DNA of 64,000 bases from Candidatus Bathyarchaeia archaeon (GCA_049516875.1 JBEKSS010000011.1:47681-111680), one strand, 5' to 3'; positions 48,701-58,760 are shown, numbered from the stretch's first letter. The notes: a model not told the origin generated them from the letters alone. Made by a program: numbers and translations.

Positions 48701-50550
48701 AGTGAAAAAGCAGCCATTAGTTTCGAGCCCGCCTCGTTGACAACTTCAACGTTCAACTGGGAGACGATACAGAAGAAAATAGGAATGCGGGCACTTGTCG
48801 TGCCGAATGCCACGTTGACATCTCCCTCAAAGTAGCCTCCTGGCAAGCCCACACCTGTGTTCAGCTGAAGCTGAACCAGGTTCTCCGCCCCTGGGGAAAT
48901 GTACAATGTTGATGTGCTCAGCGAGGCTGCTGGGTAATGCGTCCCGTCGCCGATGAGCCAGGTTTCCACGCTTAGGGTTACGCTGATTCCTTGGTTCCCC
49001 AGATTCCGAAACACAATGTTTGACCAATAAATCGTGTTCAGACTCACTGCGCCAAAGCCTACGCTTGAATTACCTATAACAGAGGCTGTCACGGCTTTGC
49101 ACACGTCTATCCTGCCTGATCCCTGCTGTAACACGTTTGAGCCCAGGTCTTTAGCATAGTTTGCCAGTGACGCTTTAACCATCGATGGGGTCCACGATGG
49201 ATGTGCGTCCAGAAGCAGTGCTGCTGCGCCTGCAACGTGCGGGGTTGCCATTGAGGTCCCCGAAAGCATTGTGTAATACTGCGAGACGGGTGTTCCTAGG
49301 CTTGTTCCGCTTGCACGGGCTGCCACTATGTTGACTCCCGGAGCCACCAAGTCTGGTTTCACTCGATTATCGCTTGTCGGCCCTACCGAGCTGAAACTGG
49401 CGAGAGTATCATCTTTGGCAGAGGCCCCGACCGTTATCGCGAGCTCAGCGGCCGCTGGGCTGCCAATCGTGTACATGTCTGACCCAGAGTTTCCTGCGGC
49501 AACAGCGCACACTGCGCCTTGCTGGGTTGCCCAGCTGACCGTTGTTGATATAGGGTCTGTTCCGTCGCTACTGGTGTCGCTGCCGAAGCTCATGCTCAGT
49601 ATGTTTGCATGGTGATCGACCGCCCATTGGATTCCGCTTATTATCCAGCTCTCCTGACCGTCTCCTTGATTGTCTAGGACTTTGACGTTCAGGAGCGTAG
49701 CTCCCGGAGCAACTCCGGTGTACTGACCTCCGCTGGCCGCTCCTGTTCCAGCAGCTATGCTTGCACAGTGTGTACCGTGTCCATAGCCATCTGCCGTTGA
49801 TTCTCCAGTGAAGGAAATCGCCGAGGCGATTTTGGAGGTGGCGTTTGGAAAGTAGAAGTCAGGATGGCTGGCGTCGATGCCTGTGTCCAGGATTGCTATT
49901 GTGACTCCAGTACCGTTGATGGACCTGTTGTATGACGCTCCTATCTGAGCCCATTCCGTTGGGTCCTTGATTAGTGGGACACTCTGGTCCAGGCACACTT
50001 GGAAGTTGCGGTCCAGCCAGACATGGTCGACTTCTGGCGATTCGGCAAGTTCGAGTATCGTCGTATAGTCCAGATGAGCTGCGAAGAAGTTCATCTGAGG
50101 GTAGGCATGCTCACTGTGGTACAGCGTTTTGGCCTTGAAGAGAGTTGTGAATGACGTGAGGTCGGCTTGGGGCATGTTTCTGTTTGAGACGGAGATTATG
50201 ACGTTTGTCTGGTTGTCGTTGATGTATCCTTCTGTTACTAGTCCTGTCAAGTTCAGCAGGTTTGCGTCGATCTTGCCCTTGATCTCTGTTGGTGGACTTA
50301 CGAGAGTTGAGGAACCGATGTTCATCCATGTTACGTTCATTCTGTTGCTGATGATGACCACTGTGGACTCGTTTTTGTCATTGAGGACGCGGGCCATCGA
50401 GTCGCAAACTGTGTTCTCCGTAATTCCCGGCATAGCTGGACCTGCGACATGTGGAGAGCCAATCGAGAAGTTTTCTACTAAACCTGTCCCGAAGCTGCAT
50501 ATCAGAAGACACGCGGTCAAGAGTGTGGCAACAATTCTCTTTAGCGCCAT
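45751..50550 (-). CDS. Secreted S8 subtilisin-like protease with Ig-like repeats, CARDB and a C-terminal dockerin
   Basis: Signal peptide; catalytic triad motifs ILDTGID, GHGTHCAS and SGTSMATPHVAG; YWDVDG repeat modules; PGDVSG...DGIVDMKDI...ADINDDGVVDMKDI. Confidence 0.92.
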   Translation of the reverse strand: MALKRIVATLLTACLLICSFGTGLVENFSIGSPHVAGPAMPGITENTVCDSMARVLNDKNESTVVIISNRMNVTWMNIGSSTLVSPPTEIKGKIDANLLNLTGLVTEGYINDNQTNVIISVSNRNMPQADLTSFTTLFKAKTLYHSEHAYPQMNFFAAHLDYTTILELAESPEVDHVWLDRNFQVCLDQSVPLIKDPTEWAQIGASYNRSINGTGVTIAILDTGIDASHPDFYFPNATSKIASAISFTGESTADGYGHGTHCASIAAGTGAASGGQYTGVAPGATLLNVKVLDNQGDGQESWIISGIQWAVDHHANILSMSFGSDTSSDGTDPISTTVSWATQQGAVCAVAAGNSGSDMYTIGSPAAAELAITVGASAKDDTLASFSSVGPTSDNRVKPDLVAPGVNIVAARASGTSLGTPVSQYYTMLSGTSMATPHVAGAAALLLDAHPSWTPSMVKASLANYAKDLGSNVLQQGSGRIDVCKAVTASVIGNSSVGFGAVSLNTIYWSNIVFRNLGNQGISVTLSVETWLIGDGTHYPAASLSTSTLYISPGAENLVQLQLNTGVGLPGGYFEGDVNVAFGTTSARIPIFFCIVSQLNVEVVNEAGSKLMAAFSLIDATTGQMKAFCSESAKAHFTVTQGSYVIQAMNVYAWEVSGNIDPSLAFIIHQKFSLGVGETKNLQLSLTSAYKVNVRTTDANGAPLQLTLKRILSPYYSMGYAADMGVLASQSIYLTNISEYMKPPGFFGFTGLSADDVSWSKGGVLTSDVDAYFIGWDISNFGLGSLTSLSYANSELATFGIENLMPKSTAVCEMWFNQIAGLWQTGVWYGTPTHPGINWKAHILPYHYKQQQSENYSDLEWSCIYTMTTYPYADPEYFVIDRHFQPITQGENASYSMGKTPLLPQDVVNSPPYVGNGLYIPYYPLRVEQNLFIAKSAAGATKTLQVFKNGYLISSSTPLWAQAPIPITQFLSSNGPGLYTFVVNTGTSFNYSSQNTAEYTINYTSTSTDLIPPSITRIDCDPCFTNNEHHVKIQLADNDGISNVSLSYSTNSGPYITSSLTNLGNNAFSADLTLPTGTQKLSLIIEASDGNGNKIRYTTDPAATRGYQTQIDANLNGGTITGKLTVIGGSLLQPVYLKVNSNGQTMYTLTDANGNFAFNLPPSFVFQIEIEMSPLGTYDGSSWVINSLSVQTEPAGVASIPGGGWYILATNAVLTAPASVDSSNTHYRFSYWDVDGISQGSGVNPITVHMDVHHTATAHYITQYTVLFTQTGLSSDATSTLVTVNGNAKAFGDLPFTLWVDSGSSVTYSYNSPVSSTVLGKRFRLDSVTGPVSPITVSAPTAIAGNYKTQYHLTVRTDPTGIATIPGEGWYDEAAPVTLTASTVQNFQFSYWDVDGAPQGSEINPITVSMNTARTATAHYTSSSPMHDIAITNLTTVKNIVGRGFSTIINVTVTNQGNYTETFNITLYANQTIIATFENTILTSGKSTTAASTWNTTGFAYGNYTINAYASPVQGENDTTNNSYVSDTPVHVGVPGDVSGTMPGVCDGIVDMKDIAYLISLFNTKPSSLNWKPNADINDDGVVDMKDIALAVAYFREHE

Positions 50551-51166
50551 GCCGATAACCTGTCAACAATAAAAAAAACACAGCTTAGGATAAAAACCCT
50601 TGCCCAACTTTGGGCATATGTTCTATTTTGAAATTGGGTTCCACTTTTCTGTCTTTGAAGTGAATTGTTGCGGGTGTTAAATAGTTTAGTGCTTCGCGGG
50701 GTCGTGTGGTTGTAGTAGCGTATGAAGCTCCAGTGCTGGTTGAACAGGTGCGGTTCGGTTTCGTATGCTTTGTGGAACGCTTACGTCTTGCCTAGGGTTG
50801 TGGGTCTGTGCTTCTTGGCGGTGATGTGCTGGATTCCTATGTCCTGGAAGCGTCTGGCAAAATCCGATGTGCCTCCTCTGGCAGGCTTAAACTGTGTTCC
50901 CTGATCAGTATCTGCTCTGGAACACCATGTCGCTTAGGGCGCGCTTCACACATAGAAAAGGTGCACCGAAAGGCGGTTGCACATTTCCCTCATGACTCGT
51001 TGCTATAGTTACACATCCAAATGTCAAACGTGCTCCCTATGCTGTGCGCTAGATATGAAATGGAGCGCTAACACACTCAGACCGAACTGATTTGCCGGTG
51101 TGATGTGTTCATCATCACACTTGATGTGCTTTACTATTCCAAAATCGTTTATTGTTGATAGATTTG

Positions 51167-51233
51167 ATAGGAGCGCTGGAGATTAGCGGAAATAGGAGCG
51201 CTGGAGAGTGACGGAGATAGGAGCCAAGGAGAC
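51167..51233 (+). repeat. 25-bp-period tandem repeat (~2.7 units)
   Basis: ATAGGAGC begins at 51167, 51192 and 51217; unit approximately ATAGGAGCGCTGGAGAnTnnCGGAr. Confidence 0.8.
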
Positions 51234-51288
51234 TTGGTAACCGTAACTGTCTGGACCAGCGCTTCTTGAGTGTGACGTGTGCAAGGGC

Positions 51289-51372
51289 CTATAAATAGGG
51301 TTGGAACTTTAACCGGGTCGTTAGAGAATGCTTATCTATTTAATGTTTAATCTATTCATGAATGATTAACCT
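51289..51372 (+). promoter_or_regulatory. Promoter-like 84-bp segment, repeated at 52195-52278
   Basis: CTATAAA(T/A)AGGGTTGGAACTT matches at 20/21, and ATGAAT..TTAACCT lies at the same +69 offset in both copies. Confidence 0.65.
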
Positions 51373-51384
51373 CTCGCTACAGCT

Positions 51385-51957
51385 TTGAGAAAAATGAATG
51401 GGAACTGCTTGAAGGTCTCAAAGATGAGTCGAAGTGCTTCCAAGCTGAAAGCTAATGATTGGAGCCTTTTGAACGTCTTCGGGAATGACGTTCGCGTTGA
51501 GATAGTAAAGGTGCTGTTGGCGTTTGAGTTTAGAAGCTTGTCAGACATCGCAAGTATTCTGGGGGAGCGTGGGTGGAGAATGACTCTTTCAGGCGTGCTG
51601 AAACATATGAGAGAGCTTGAGAACGCTGGATTAGTGAAACATGAACCTGGAATCTTCTTGGACATTCCAGATGCACGAAAGACTATGTATTTCTTAGAAG
51701 GTCGAGAAAGGGTCGAAAAGTTGCTGCAAGGACTTGAGCTTGGCGTGATGGACCCGCTGGTTGCGGGACTGGTGTTTAGCGAGACTGGAAAACTGGCTCG
51801 TGAAATAGCAGGCACAAGGAGAGGATTGACAGAGAAAGAGAAGGAAAGGTTGAACTCGTTGCTTGTTGAATGTGAGTCAGAAAACGTTTTCAGACATTTG
51901 ACAGGTGATGAGAAGAAGAAGCTGAAGCTTTGGAGAATGATGATGTCGATTACGTAG
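51385..51957 (+). CDS. ArsR-like winged-HTH regulator with a C-terminal extension
   Basis: VFGNDVRVEIVKVL...SLSDIA...TLSGVLKHMRELENAGLV. Confidence 0.85.
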   Translation: MRKMNGNCLKVSKMSRSASKLKANDWSLLNVFGNDVRVEIVKVLLAFEFRSLSDIASILGERGWRMTLSGVLKHMRELENAGLVKHEPGIFLDIPDARKTMYFLEGRERVEKLLQGLELGVMDPLVAGLVFSETGKLAREIAGTRRGLTEKEKERLNSLLVECESENVFRHLTGDEKKKLKLWRMMMSIT

Positions 51958-52194
51958 CGCAACTTTCGATTCTTGAGAAGATCTCCAGAGCGATTACGGA
52001 GCAAGTTAGAGAAGCCGAAAAATATTGGTTTAATCAGTCGCCGTGACACGCACAGGCAATTGACATGAATTGTCCCTATTATCAGTTCTGTTAGAATATT
52101 GATAGAGGAGAAGCGTTGCAACCCAAGTAAGCGTGACGGAAATAGGACGAAAGGAGGAGTTACACCGCTTTCCAATATTGGAGGGGTTGATGGA

Positions 52195-52278
52195 CTATAA
52201 AAAGGGTTGGAACTTGTATCACTTTGTCAAGTGACGCTTCTGTGTTAAACGGTTTATTCGTTAATGAATAGTTAACCT
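52195..52278 (+). repeat. Second copy of the 84-bp promoter-like segment
   Basis: Colinear with 51289-51372; no long + strand ORF follows. Confidence 0.65.
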
Positions 52279-52397
52279 TCCAGTGCATGGTCGAAATCGA
52301 CAGAAAGGCACGCAGTTGGACAGCAAAATGATTGTAATATCCACAGAAGAGCGCAGTTTGGGTTCTTAGCTTGGGGCGTCAATTGCGCGCCCCTCTT

Positions 52398-53195
52398 CTA
52401 GAGTTTTGGAGGATTGATTACTTCTTGGAGCAGTTTTATAACATCTTTCTCCTCATTCTTGGTTTTGTTGAGAAGCCAGGCTGCTATCTTGTCAATCTCT
52501 TTTGTGAATTCGTTTTCGGAGGGTCTGCTGTAGGCGAGGAAAGGTTTCTTTGATCCTACTCCTCCATATGATTGTGCCACTTCTGGATCTTCCGTTATTT
52601 GTGCTATGCACGAGACTTCAAGGAGATTCTCGAGGTCTTCGACGAATCCTTTTGTGAACTTTTCAGGTGTTTTTATGCGGTTTAGTATGAATCCGAGGGG
52701 AATTGACTTCAGGAAGTATTTTCCAAGCCTTAGCGTATCTATCGTGGATTCTACGCACAGAACGAACTCGTCTTCAGTTAGGATTGGGACGAAGTACTCG
52801 CAGAGTCCTAATGAGAGGAATGCCGCTTTGCCTAGTGGGAAGGGAACATCGACAAGCATGAAATCCGTTTCGAGGCTGCAGAGTTTGCGGGCGAACCTGA
52901 TGGGATCTATTTCGAAGTAACCTTGAAGAGAAACGCCGGAAGGAATCAAAAACAGATTGTCGAATTGTGTGCGATAAACCGCTTTGTTGATTTCGGTGTC
53001 TTTTTCCACGGCGTCTTCGAGTTTGAAGTCTTTGGGCGAGAAGGTTAGTCCAAGGACTGTTCTTAGTGGTTGATTTGTGTCCCCCTCGACCAGTACTACT
53101 TTTTTTCCTTTTTTGGCCAAAGCAGCTCCAACGTTTGCCGTCAAAAGGGACTTGCCGACCCCACCTTTTGATACAGTGAACGTGATTGATCTCAT
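52398..53195 (-). CDS. MinD/ParA-family ATPase
   Basis: Deviant Walker A SKGGVGKS; GKKVVLVEGD, MLVDVP and GFILNR; C-terminal amphipathic DVIKLLQEVI. Confidence 0.85.
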   Translation of the reverse strand: MRSITFTVSKGGVGKSLLTANVGAALAKKGKKVVLVEGDTNQPLRTVLGLTFSPKDFKLEDAVEKDTEINKAVYRTQFDNLFLIPSGVSLQGYFEIDPIRFARKLCSLETDFMLVDVPFPLGKAAFLSLGLCEYFVPILTEDEFVLCVESTIDTLRLGKYFLKSIPLGFILNRIKTPEKFTKGFVEDLENLLEVSCIAQITEDPEVAQSYGGVGSKKPFLAYSRPSENEFTKEIDKIAAWLLNKTKNEEKDVIKLLQEVINPPKL

Positions 53196-53278
53196 TACTC
53201 CTCACCACGCTTGTTTGCTGTGTAGTGAAGAAAAAACGTGCAGTTAGTGAACGAATAGGTTAAATGTGTACTCACTTT

Positions 53279-55393
53279 TCAATCCTCCCTTTTCTTCTTC
53301 AGCTCCAAGTTTTTTATGACATCTTCGAGGGTGTCGCGCGGGCGGACTTCGATGCCGTATTTGCTCTGAAAATCCTCGATTTTTCCTTTTCGTCTCTGAA
53401 CGTCAGCCTCGAATTGTCTTCTGGCAACCTCCGAGAGACTTATTCTTTCCAGTTCGCTCCTGTATTTTTCAGCTAGGGTTTCTTGTCTTCTGGATTCTCT
53501 GTGATATCTTACGGCTGCTGAAGACGTTGTGATTATCGTTGCTACGGCGGCGATGGAGACCATCACGAGGGCAAGGCGGGTATTGGCATATTCTGATTCC
53601 GTCTTGCTATAGGTCAGACTCAGTGAATTGAACTGTGTTAACAAATTGTAGTAAGTGCTATTTGCTTCTTGATACGTCTGGTTGAGTGTCTCGAAGTTGT
53701 TCGAGAGCTGCACGTAGTTGGCCAGAGTCTTCTGATATGTTTGGTTCAATGAATTATACAATTCTAGGAAGGACTGAGATTGGTTTATGTAGGTCTGGTT
53801 CATTTGGTAGAAAGTTGAGTTTAGTTTTCGGAAGTTTTCCAGTAAGATCTCATAGTCGTTGAGTAGTTCATAGTAAGGTTCTGACAGTATTTTGATTTCC
53901 TGTACGCTTTGATTGTAAACAAAATATAGAAGAGTGTTGGAAGAGTTTGAAGTTGGAAGCACGGTTGTGTTGGCTTTTTTGTCGTCAAGCAGGACCGCAT
54001 AGGGTCTGCCGGACAGTTCTTGAGGTATATCAATTCTGCAAAACCCTGCATTGTTGTTGTTTGTGACGTTGAAAGTCAGCATTTTGATTGTTTCGTTAAA
54101 CTGGAATTGTGAGATTGTGGAGTTGCTTATGACTGGGACGTGATATGTCTTCTGTTGGTAGGGTACGAGAAAGTCTGTGAATGCTCCCATGAGGGGGTAA
54201 TTGTCTTGGTTGTCTTTGTCAATTACGTAGGGTGTGTCGCCGATGCCGTCTTGGTCTTCGTCTGTTCCTTTGTAGTTACTCCAGTAGTTGCCTTCTAGCC
54301 CGTTGTCTAGATGGTTGGTCGAATTAACGCTTGCTAGCGTTCTGGCGCCGTCACCAATGCTGTTGTGGAAAATTGTGTTGTTGTTGGAATAGAAAAGAAG
54401 AATTGCGCGCACCACGTTTTCCGAAATAGTATTGCCTGCTATTATGTTGCTGTCGGAATATTCTGAATCTATTCCAAACTGGCTGTTCGCGAGAAGGTTA
54501 TTGTTTGTCAAGGCGTTGGTCGTGGAATTGTCTATGAGGATTCCGGTTAGGTCGTTTGAGAACGTGTTGTTGTTCACGAAGTTGTTGGTGGATTGGATTA
54601 GCCGAATTCCAGACTGTGTATTCGAGAAGGCGCTGTTATTGAAAAAGACGTTGTTGCTAGAAGCAAAGACGTAGAAACCGTCCGTGTCTTGAGAGACATT
54701 ATTGTCTGCGAACGTGTTATTGTCGGATGCTAGAAGGGCCACTCCGAAAGTGCTTCTTGTGATGCTGTTGTCTGCCACGGTCACGTTGTTGGAATCGCTG
54801 ATGCGTATTCCCGTGTCTTCGTTTGAGGAGACGGTGTTTTGGGTGATGCTGTTGCTGTTTGATGCGCTGAGAGAGATTCCGTAATAGTTGTTTGAGACGT
54901 CGTTGTCAGCTAGGGTGTTGCCGTTCGAATCCAAAAGGCGGATTCCGTTGTAGTTGCCTTCTATTACGTTTTGGCTAATGTCGTTGCCTGTGGAACCAAG
55001 TATTGAAACGCCGCTGGAGGTTGGTCCGCCGTTTCGTACTGTGAACCCTGTAACGTTGACGTTGTCGGCTTCTATCGTGATAGCGTCTCCTGTCTGGTTT
55101 GCGTCTATGACCGTGAGATTCTTGTCTTGACCCTGAAGGGTCACAGATTTGGTGATGCTAAGCTGTTCGTAGTATGTTCCGTTGTACACGAAGATTGTGT
55201 CTCCGTTTAATGCCTCTGTCAATCCGCTAGTGATGTTCTGGTAGGGGTTCTGTATGGTTCCGTACCATGGGCCCGGCCATTTTTCGTCAACGTAAATGAT
55301 TCTGGGACTTGCCGCATGAACTTCGGAGTGTAGCATGAACGCGACGGTTAAGAGCAATAGAAGAGCTATTTTCAGAAGAGGCCTTCTCATCAT
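53279..55393 (-). CDS. NosD/CASH beta-helix surface protein with coiled coil, TM helix and cytoplasmic tail
   Basis: Signal peptide; GDTIFVYNGTYYE; many GI.L..S..N.I..N repeats; GNYWSNY...DGIGDTPY...DNYPLM; LNQTY repeats; one TM helix. Confidence 0.88.
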   Translation of the reverse strand: MMRRPLLKIALLLLLTVAFMLHSEVHAASPRIIYVDEKWPGPWYGTIQNPYQNITSGLTEALNGDTIFVYNGTYYEQLSITKSVTLQGQDKNLTVIDANQTGDAITIEADNVNVTGFTVRNGGPTSSGVSILGSTGNDISQNVIEGNYNGIRLLDSNGNTLADNDVSNNYYGISLSASNSNSITQNTVSSNEDTGIRISDSNNVTVADNSITRSTFGVALLASDNNTFADNNVSQDTDGFYVFASSNNVFFNNSAFSNTQSGIRLIQSTNNFVNNNTFSNDLTGILIDNSTTNALTNNNLLANSQFGIDSEYSDSNIIAGNTISENVVRAILLFYSNNNTIFHNSIGDGARTLASVNSTNHLDNGLEGNYWSNYKGTDEDQDGIGDTPYVIDKDNQDNYPLMGAFTDFLVPYQQKTYHVPVISNSTISQFQFNETIKMLTFNVTNNNNAGFCRIDIPQELSGRPYAVLLDDKKANTTVLPTSNSSNTLLYFVYNQSVQEIKILSEPYYELLNDYEILLENFRKLNSTFYQMNQTYINQSQSFLELYNSLNQTYQKTLANYVQLSNNFETLNQTYQEANSTYYNLLTQFNSLSLTYSKTESEYANTRLALVMVSIAAVATIITTSSAAVRYHRESRRQETLAEKYRSELERISLSEVARRQFEADVQRRKGKIEDFQSKYGIEVRPRDTLEDVIKNLELKKKRED

Positions 55394-55569
55394 TATTCCT
55401 TTCTGTTCTCTTCTATTGCACCTTAAAGCTTTTTGCATATCATTCCGTATCCATGTATGGTCTAATTTGATACAAGAATAGAACTAAGAATCGTTAGTTT
55501 TATATACATGTGTGGATACTCTGTTATATTGCACGCTTCGGCGTGACGGAAATAGGAGAAAAGGAGAAA

Positions 55570-58347
55570 ATGAAAAATACTAAAATAGCAGCTACGATAA
55601 TCGTTCTATCGCTTTTCCTAGCAACATTCGCAGTCTTACCGATAGTTTTCAAAGCCAATGCAGTTACAATGTATCACTTGGATGTGTACACAAACCCCTC
55701 AGCTATACCGGTGCCTCCTGGAACAAACGATTATACACCAGGAACATATGTGCAGCTAAACGCAACTGACCCCGTCATTATTGGCAATACGAAATACATA
55801 TTTTCGTACTGGGATATTGACGGTGCAGGAAGCTACGGCAACCCGCTACAATGGGTGCTCATGGATGCATATCACAACGCGACTGCTCACTACAATACCC
55901 AATACAAGGTGACAATTGCGGATCCTGGACTGCCTGGGGTCACAGTAGGCATCTACGTTGACGGTGGCGGCTGGGTCACAGAAACCTCAGCATGGGTAGA
56001 CTCAAGCCAAATCTGCTGGGTAGGTGTACACGGGTTGTGGTCAAGCCCAGCCGGCGTATACTTTGACCCGCCCACTGACGACAAATGGATATACTTGGTC
56101 AACTTTACCGTCAATGGCGTACAGTTTGGCAACCACGTGAGCGGTGCAGATCCTACTTGGATGTGCAGCGACATGATCACTGTGAACGGCTACAAGGCCG
56201 GAGACACAGTTTGGGCCATGATGTACCAACTACACGTATCTAACACCCTCAACCCGCCAGTGCCAACCCCAGGAGGGGCTGGCTGGTACTATGCCAATAC
56301 AATTGTGCCATTGATTGCTCCGGAATACAACCCAGGAGGAGGACGACGCTACATACTCGACCGTTGGACGGTTGACGGAAACCCAGCGAGTGTCAACGGA
56401 ACTGGTTGGCTAAATGTCCTAATGGATAAGAACCACACTGCAATCGCCCTTTACAAGAGGCAATCGTTCGTGTACCTGCTGGACAACCTTTTCAACGCCT
56501 CAGGCATAGAGGACACCGGCAACTGGTACGACGATGGGGTTGTCTACACGTTCGGTCCGCCACACGTACCACAAGACGTTTCGGTGGGTCTCAACGTACG
56601 TTATGATTTCAGGTATTGGGACAAGCCATCTTATGTATGGACAAGCAGCAGCTTCCCACTGAGCATAGCCTTTGACGCGTCATGGGACGGGGAACACCTC
56701 AGAGCAAGATACCAGACACAGTACTATTGCGTCATCCAATCTAGCCCAACAGTAGGAGGATACACGTATACGGACAGTCCTGTGACTGGTTGGTTTGATG
56801 CGTGGAGCCTTGTTACCCTGAAGGCGAGACCAGAGGTCGACGTTGGATCCCAGCAGCGCTACATCTTCCAAGACTGGACGAACCAGTTCGGCGCAGGTCC
56901 GGCTGGAGTGAACAACCTCACTGTGACAGCCGATCAACCATACGTTTGGACGGCTGTATACCAGCTGCAATGGCTGATTACTTGGAGCCACTCGCCTTCA
57001 TCGATAACTGTCACAGGCTCGCCGGGACAGGATTGGCGCGCCAACGACACTGTCGTTTGGTACAACCTACCCCTGACCGACACAGGCACCCAGTTCCAGT
57101 TCTACTACTGGACCATCAACGGCGTAAACTATACTCAAGGAGCGAACAACGTTCATGTGACAGACCATCTTGCAGGTCCCATTAGTGGGACTGCCTACTA
57201 CGCCAACATGACAAAGATTTTCATGTCGCCAAACATTCAGCCAGAACAATCGCCTGCCTACTGTACCTTGTTCAACGTCACTGCCTACGCAGCAAACTTT
57301 GATGCGAATCGCCTGGATACTTTCGGACACCCGATGGACATATACGGTTTCGACATCAAAGTCAAGTGGGACCCAACCCTCTTGGACCTGAAGAGTGTCA
57401 CATCGAACCTTGTCGCCTTCTTTGCGCCCAACGCTTACTACGTCGCCGTGAACAACACTGACCACGTCAACGGAGTTTACGAGTTGGCTGCAGCCGTGAA
57501 GGGTAACTACACAGGGTTCTCCGGCACAAAGGCAATGTTCACGATGCTCTTCCACGTCATCTACGACGCCTGCTATCCAAACGCGCCCGGATGCTCAATA
57601 TACTTCCTGTACGGCAGAATCGAAAACCACTTGGGCCAAGACATACAGCCTGAACTCGGCTGGCCTGGTTGCTGGTACCAATTGAACACCGTGCAACCCA
57701 TGTTAGACGTACGGAATGCAGCGGACAAGTCACACCTGGTCAAAGTCGACATGAACGTTCCACAGCAATTCTTCGACGTTGAAGTGTACCTGTGGTACGG
57801 CGTCAAAGTCAGCGACTTCTATGTGATAATACACTTTGACTATACCCAAATCAACGCCCTCTCAGTTGCTATGGGAACCTACCTGCAACCTCCATACATA
57901 GTGAACGCCTGGTCCATCGACAACAACAACGGAAACGTGTACGTACAGCTTATACAAGATCCATCTGTATCTTACCAGAACGGGTCAGGAGTGCTGTTCA
58001 CCATACACTTCGCGGTCACCAACCAGATCTACTACAAGATAGTTGGACCATTTACACTAAGCAGCGTCATCTCAGTGTCCTACGGCGAATTAAGTGCTCA
58101 CTGTCCAGGCCTAGTGTATCAGACAACAAACAACCTATATCTCGGAACGACACCCTGCAACTACGTTTATAACCCATTGCCAGGAGACCTGAACTTCGAC
58201 GGATATGTCAATGTCCTAGACCTGCAACTGATAGCGGACAACTGGGGCACAGGCAACTATAACCTCTTCGGCGACGGTAGATGCGATTTGAACGAATTAG
58301 TCTTCGTAGCACTACGCTTCGGAAACAAACTGCCTGGCCTTCCGTAA
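55570..58347 (+). CDS. Secreted multi-module protein: Ig-like repeats + two cohesin-like domains + dockerin
   Basis: Signal peptide; FSYWDIDG-type repeats; IYGFDIKVKWDPTLL and VSDFYVIIHFDYTQI...GSGVLFTIHF segments; LPGDLNFDGYVNVLDL...DGRCDLNEL. Confidence 0.8.
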   Translation: MKNTKIAATIIVLSLFLATFAVLPIVFKANAVTMYHLDVYTNPSAIPVPPGTNDYTPGTYVQLNATDPVIIGNTKYIFSYWDIDGAGSYGNPLQWVLMDAYHNATAHYNTQYKVTIADPGLPGVTVGIYVDGGGWVTETSAWVDSSQICWVGVHGLWSSPAGVYFDPPTDDKWIYLVNFTVNGVQFGNHVSGADPTWMCSDMITVNGYKAGDTVWAMMYQLHVSNTLNPPVPTPGGAGWYYANTIVPLIAPEYNPGGGRRYILDRWTVDGNPASVNGTGWLNVLMDKNHTAIALYKRQSFVYLLDNLFNASGIEDTGNWYDDGVVYTFGPPHVPQDVSVGLNVRYDFRYWDKPSYVWTSSSFPLSIAFDASWDGEHLRARYQTQYYCVIQSSPTVGGYTYTDSPVTGWFDAWSLVTLKARPEVDVGSQQRYIFQDWTNQFGAGPAGVNNLTVTADQPYVWTAVYQLQWLITWSHSPSSITVTGSPGQDWRANDTVVWYNLPLTDTGTQFQFYYWTINGVNYTQGANNVHVTDHLAGPISGTAYYANMTKIFMSPNIQPEQSPAYCTLFNVTAYAANFDANRLDTFGHPMDIYGFDIKVKWDPTLLDLKSVTSNLVAFFAPNAYYVAVNNTDHVNGVYELAAAVKGNYTGFSGTKAMFTMLFHVIYDACYPNAPGCSIYFLYGRIENHLGQDIQPELGWPGCWYQLNTVQPMLDVRNAADKSHLVKVDMNVPQQFFDVEVYLWYGVKVSDFYVIIHFDYTQINALSVAMGTYLQPPYIVNAWSIDNNNGNVYVQLIQDPSVSYQNGSGVLFTIHFAVTNQIYYKIVGPFTLSSVISVSYGELSAHCPGLVYQTTNNLYLGTTPCNYVYNPLPGDLNFDGYVNVLDLQLIADNWGTGNYNLFGDGRCDLNELVFVALRFGNKLPGLP

Positions 58348-58370
58348 GAGCCTACCAAAGGCCAAAACAA

Positions 58371-58384
58371 TCCTCCCTTTTTTT
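58371..58384 (+). terminator. Oligo-T terminator-like tract
   Basis: TCCTCCCTTTTTTT ~25 bp after the stop codon. Confidence 0.55.
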
Positions 58385-58559
58385 GTATCTTGAGCCTATT
58401 GACATAGTCGACCGGAGCAATCGCACATACCCCGTTTATGCTCCCAAAGAAAATATGCTCGAATGGATTAGGAGAGAATCTGTTGATGTTCCTCCGATAA
58501 TCTCTATCGAACGATTCTGTTTGAGCGACGTGACGCTTTCCAACGGCATCTGATTCTAC

Positions 58560-58760
58560 GAAAGTCGGCCTATGGACTGTGTTCTCCGAACGTTTTGCCA
58601 TTCCTGCAAGGTCTTTGAAGGTGATTTCACGGTCGCGGTTCATGCAGCGGTATGGACTCTATATCTGCGGAGTGTAGACTCCTGAAAAGCTGCCGGAACA
58701 GTTTGCAGCAACGGATAAGTCTTGGCCATCAAGCCTTTCATCTGGAACAAAAATCGCAAG
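58560..58760 (-). pseudogene. Decayed dockerin module
   Basis: One frame reads FVPDERLDGQDLSVAANCSGSFSGVYTPQI*SPYRCMNRDREITFKDLAGMAKRSEN: two eroded dockerin loops with a TAG where intact copies have W/Y. Confidence 0.55.

Noticed and set aside
50550-52400. Integron attC cassettes
   Set aside because: No convincing paired RYYYAAC/GTTRRRY ends with the required inner boxes, and no IntI.
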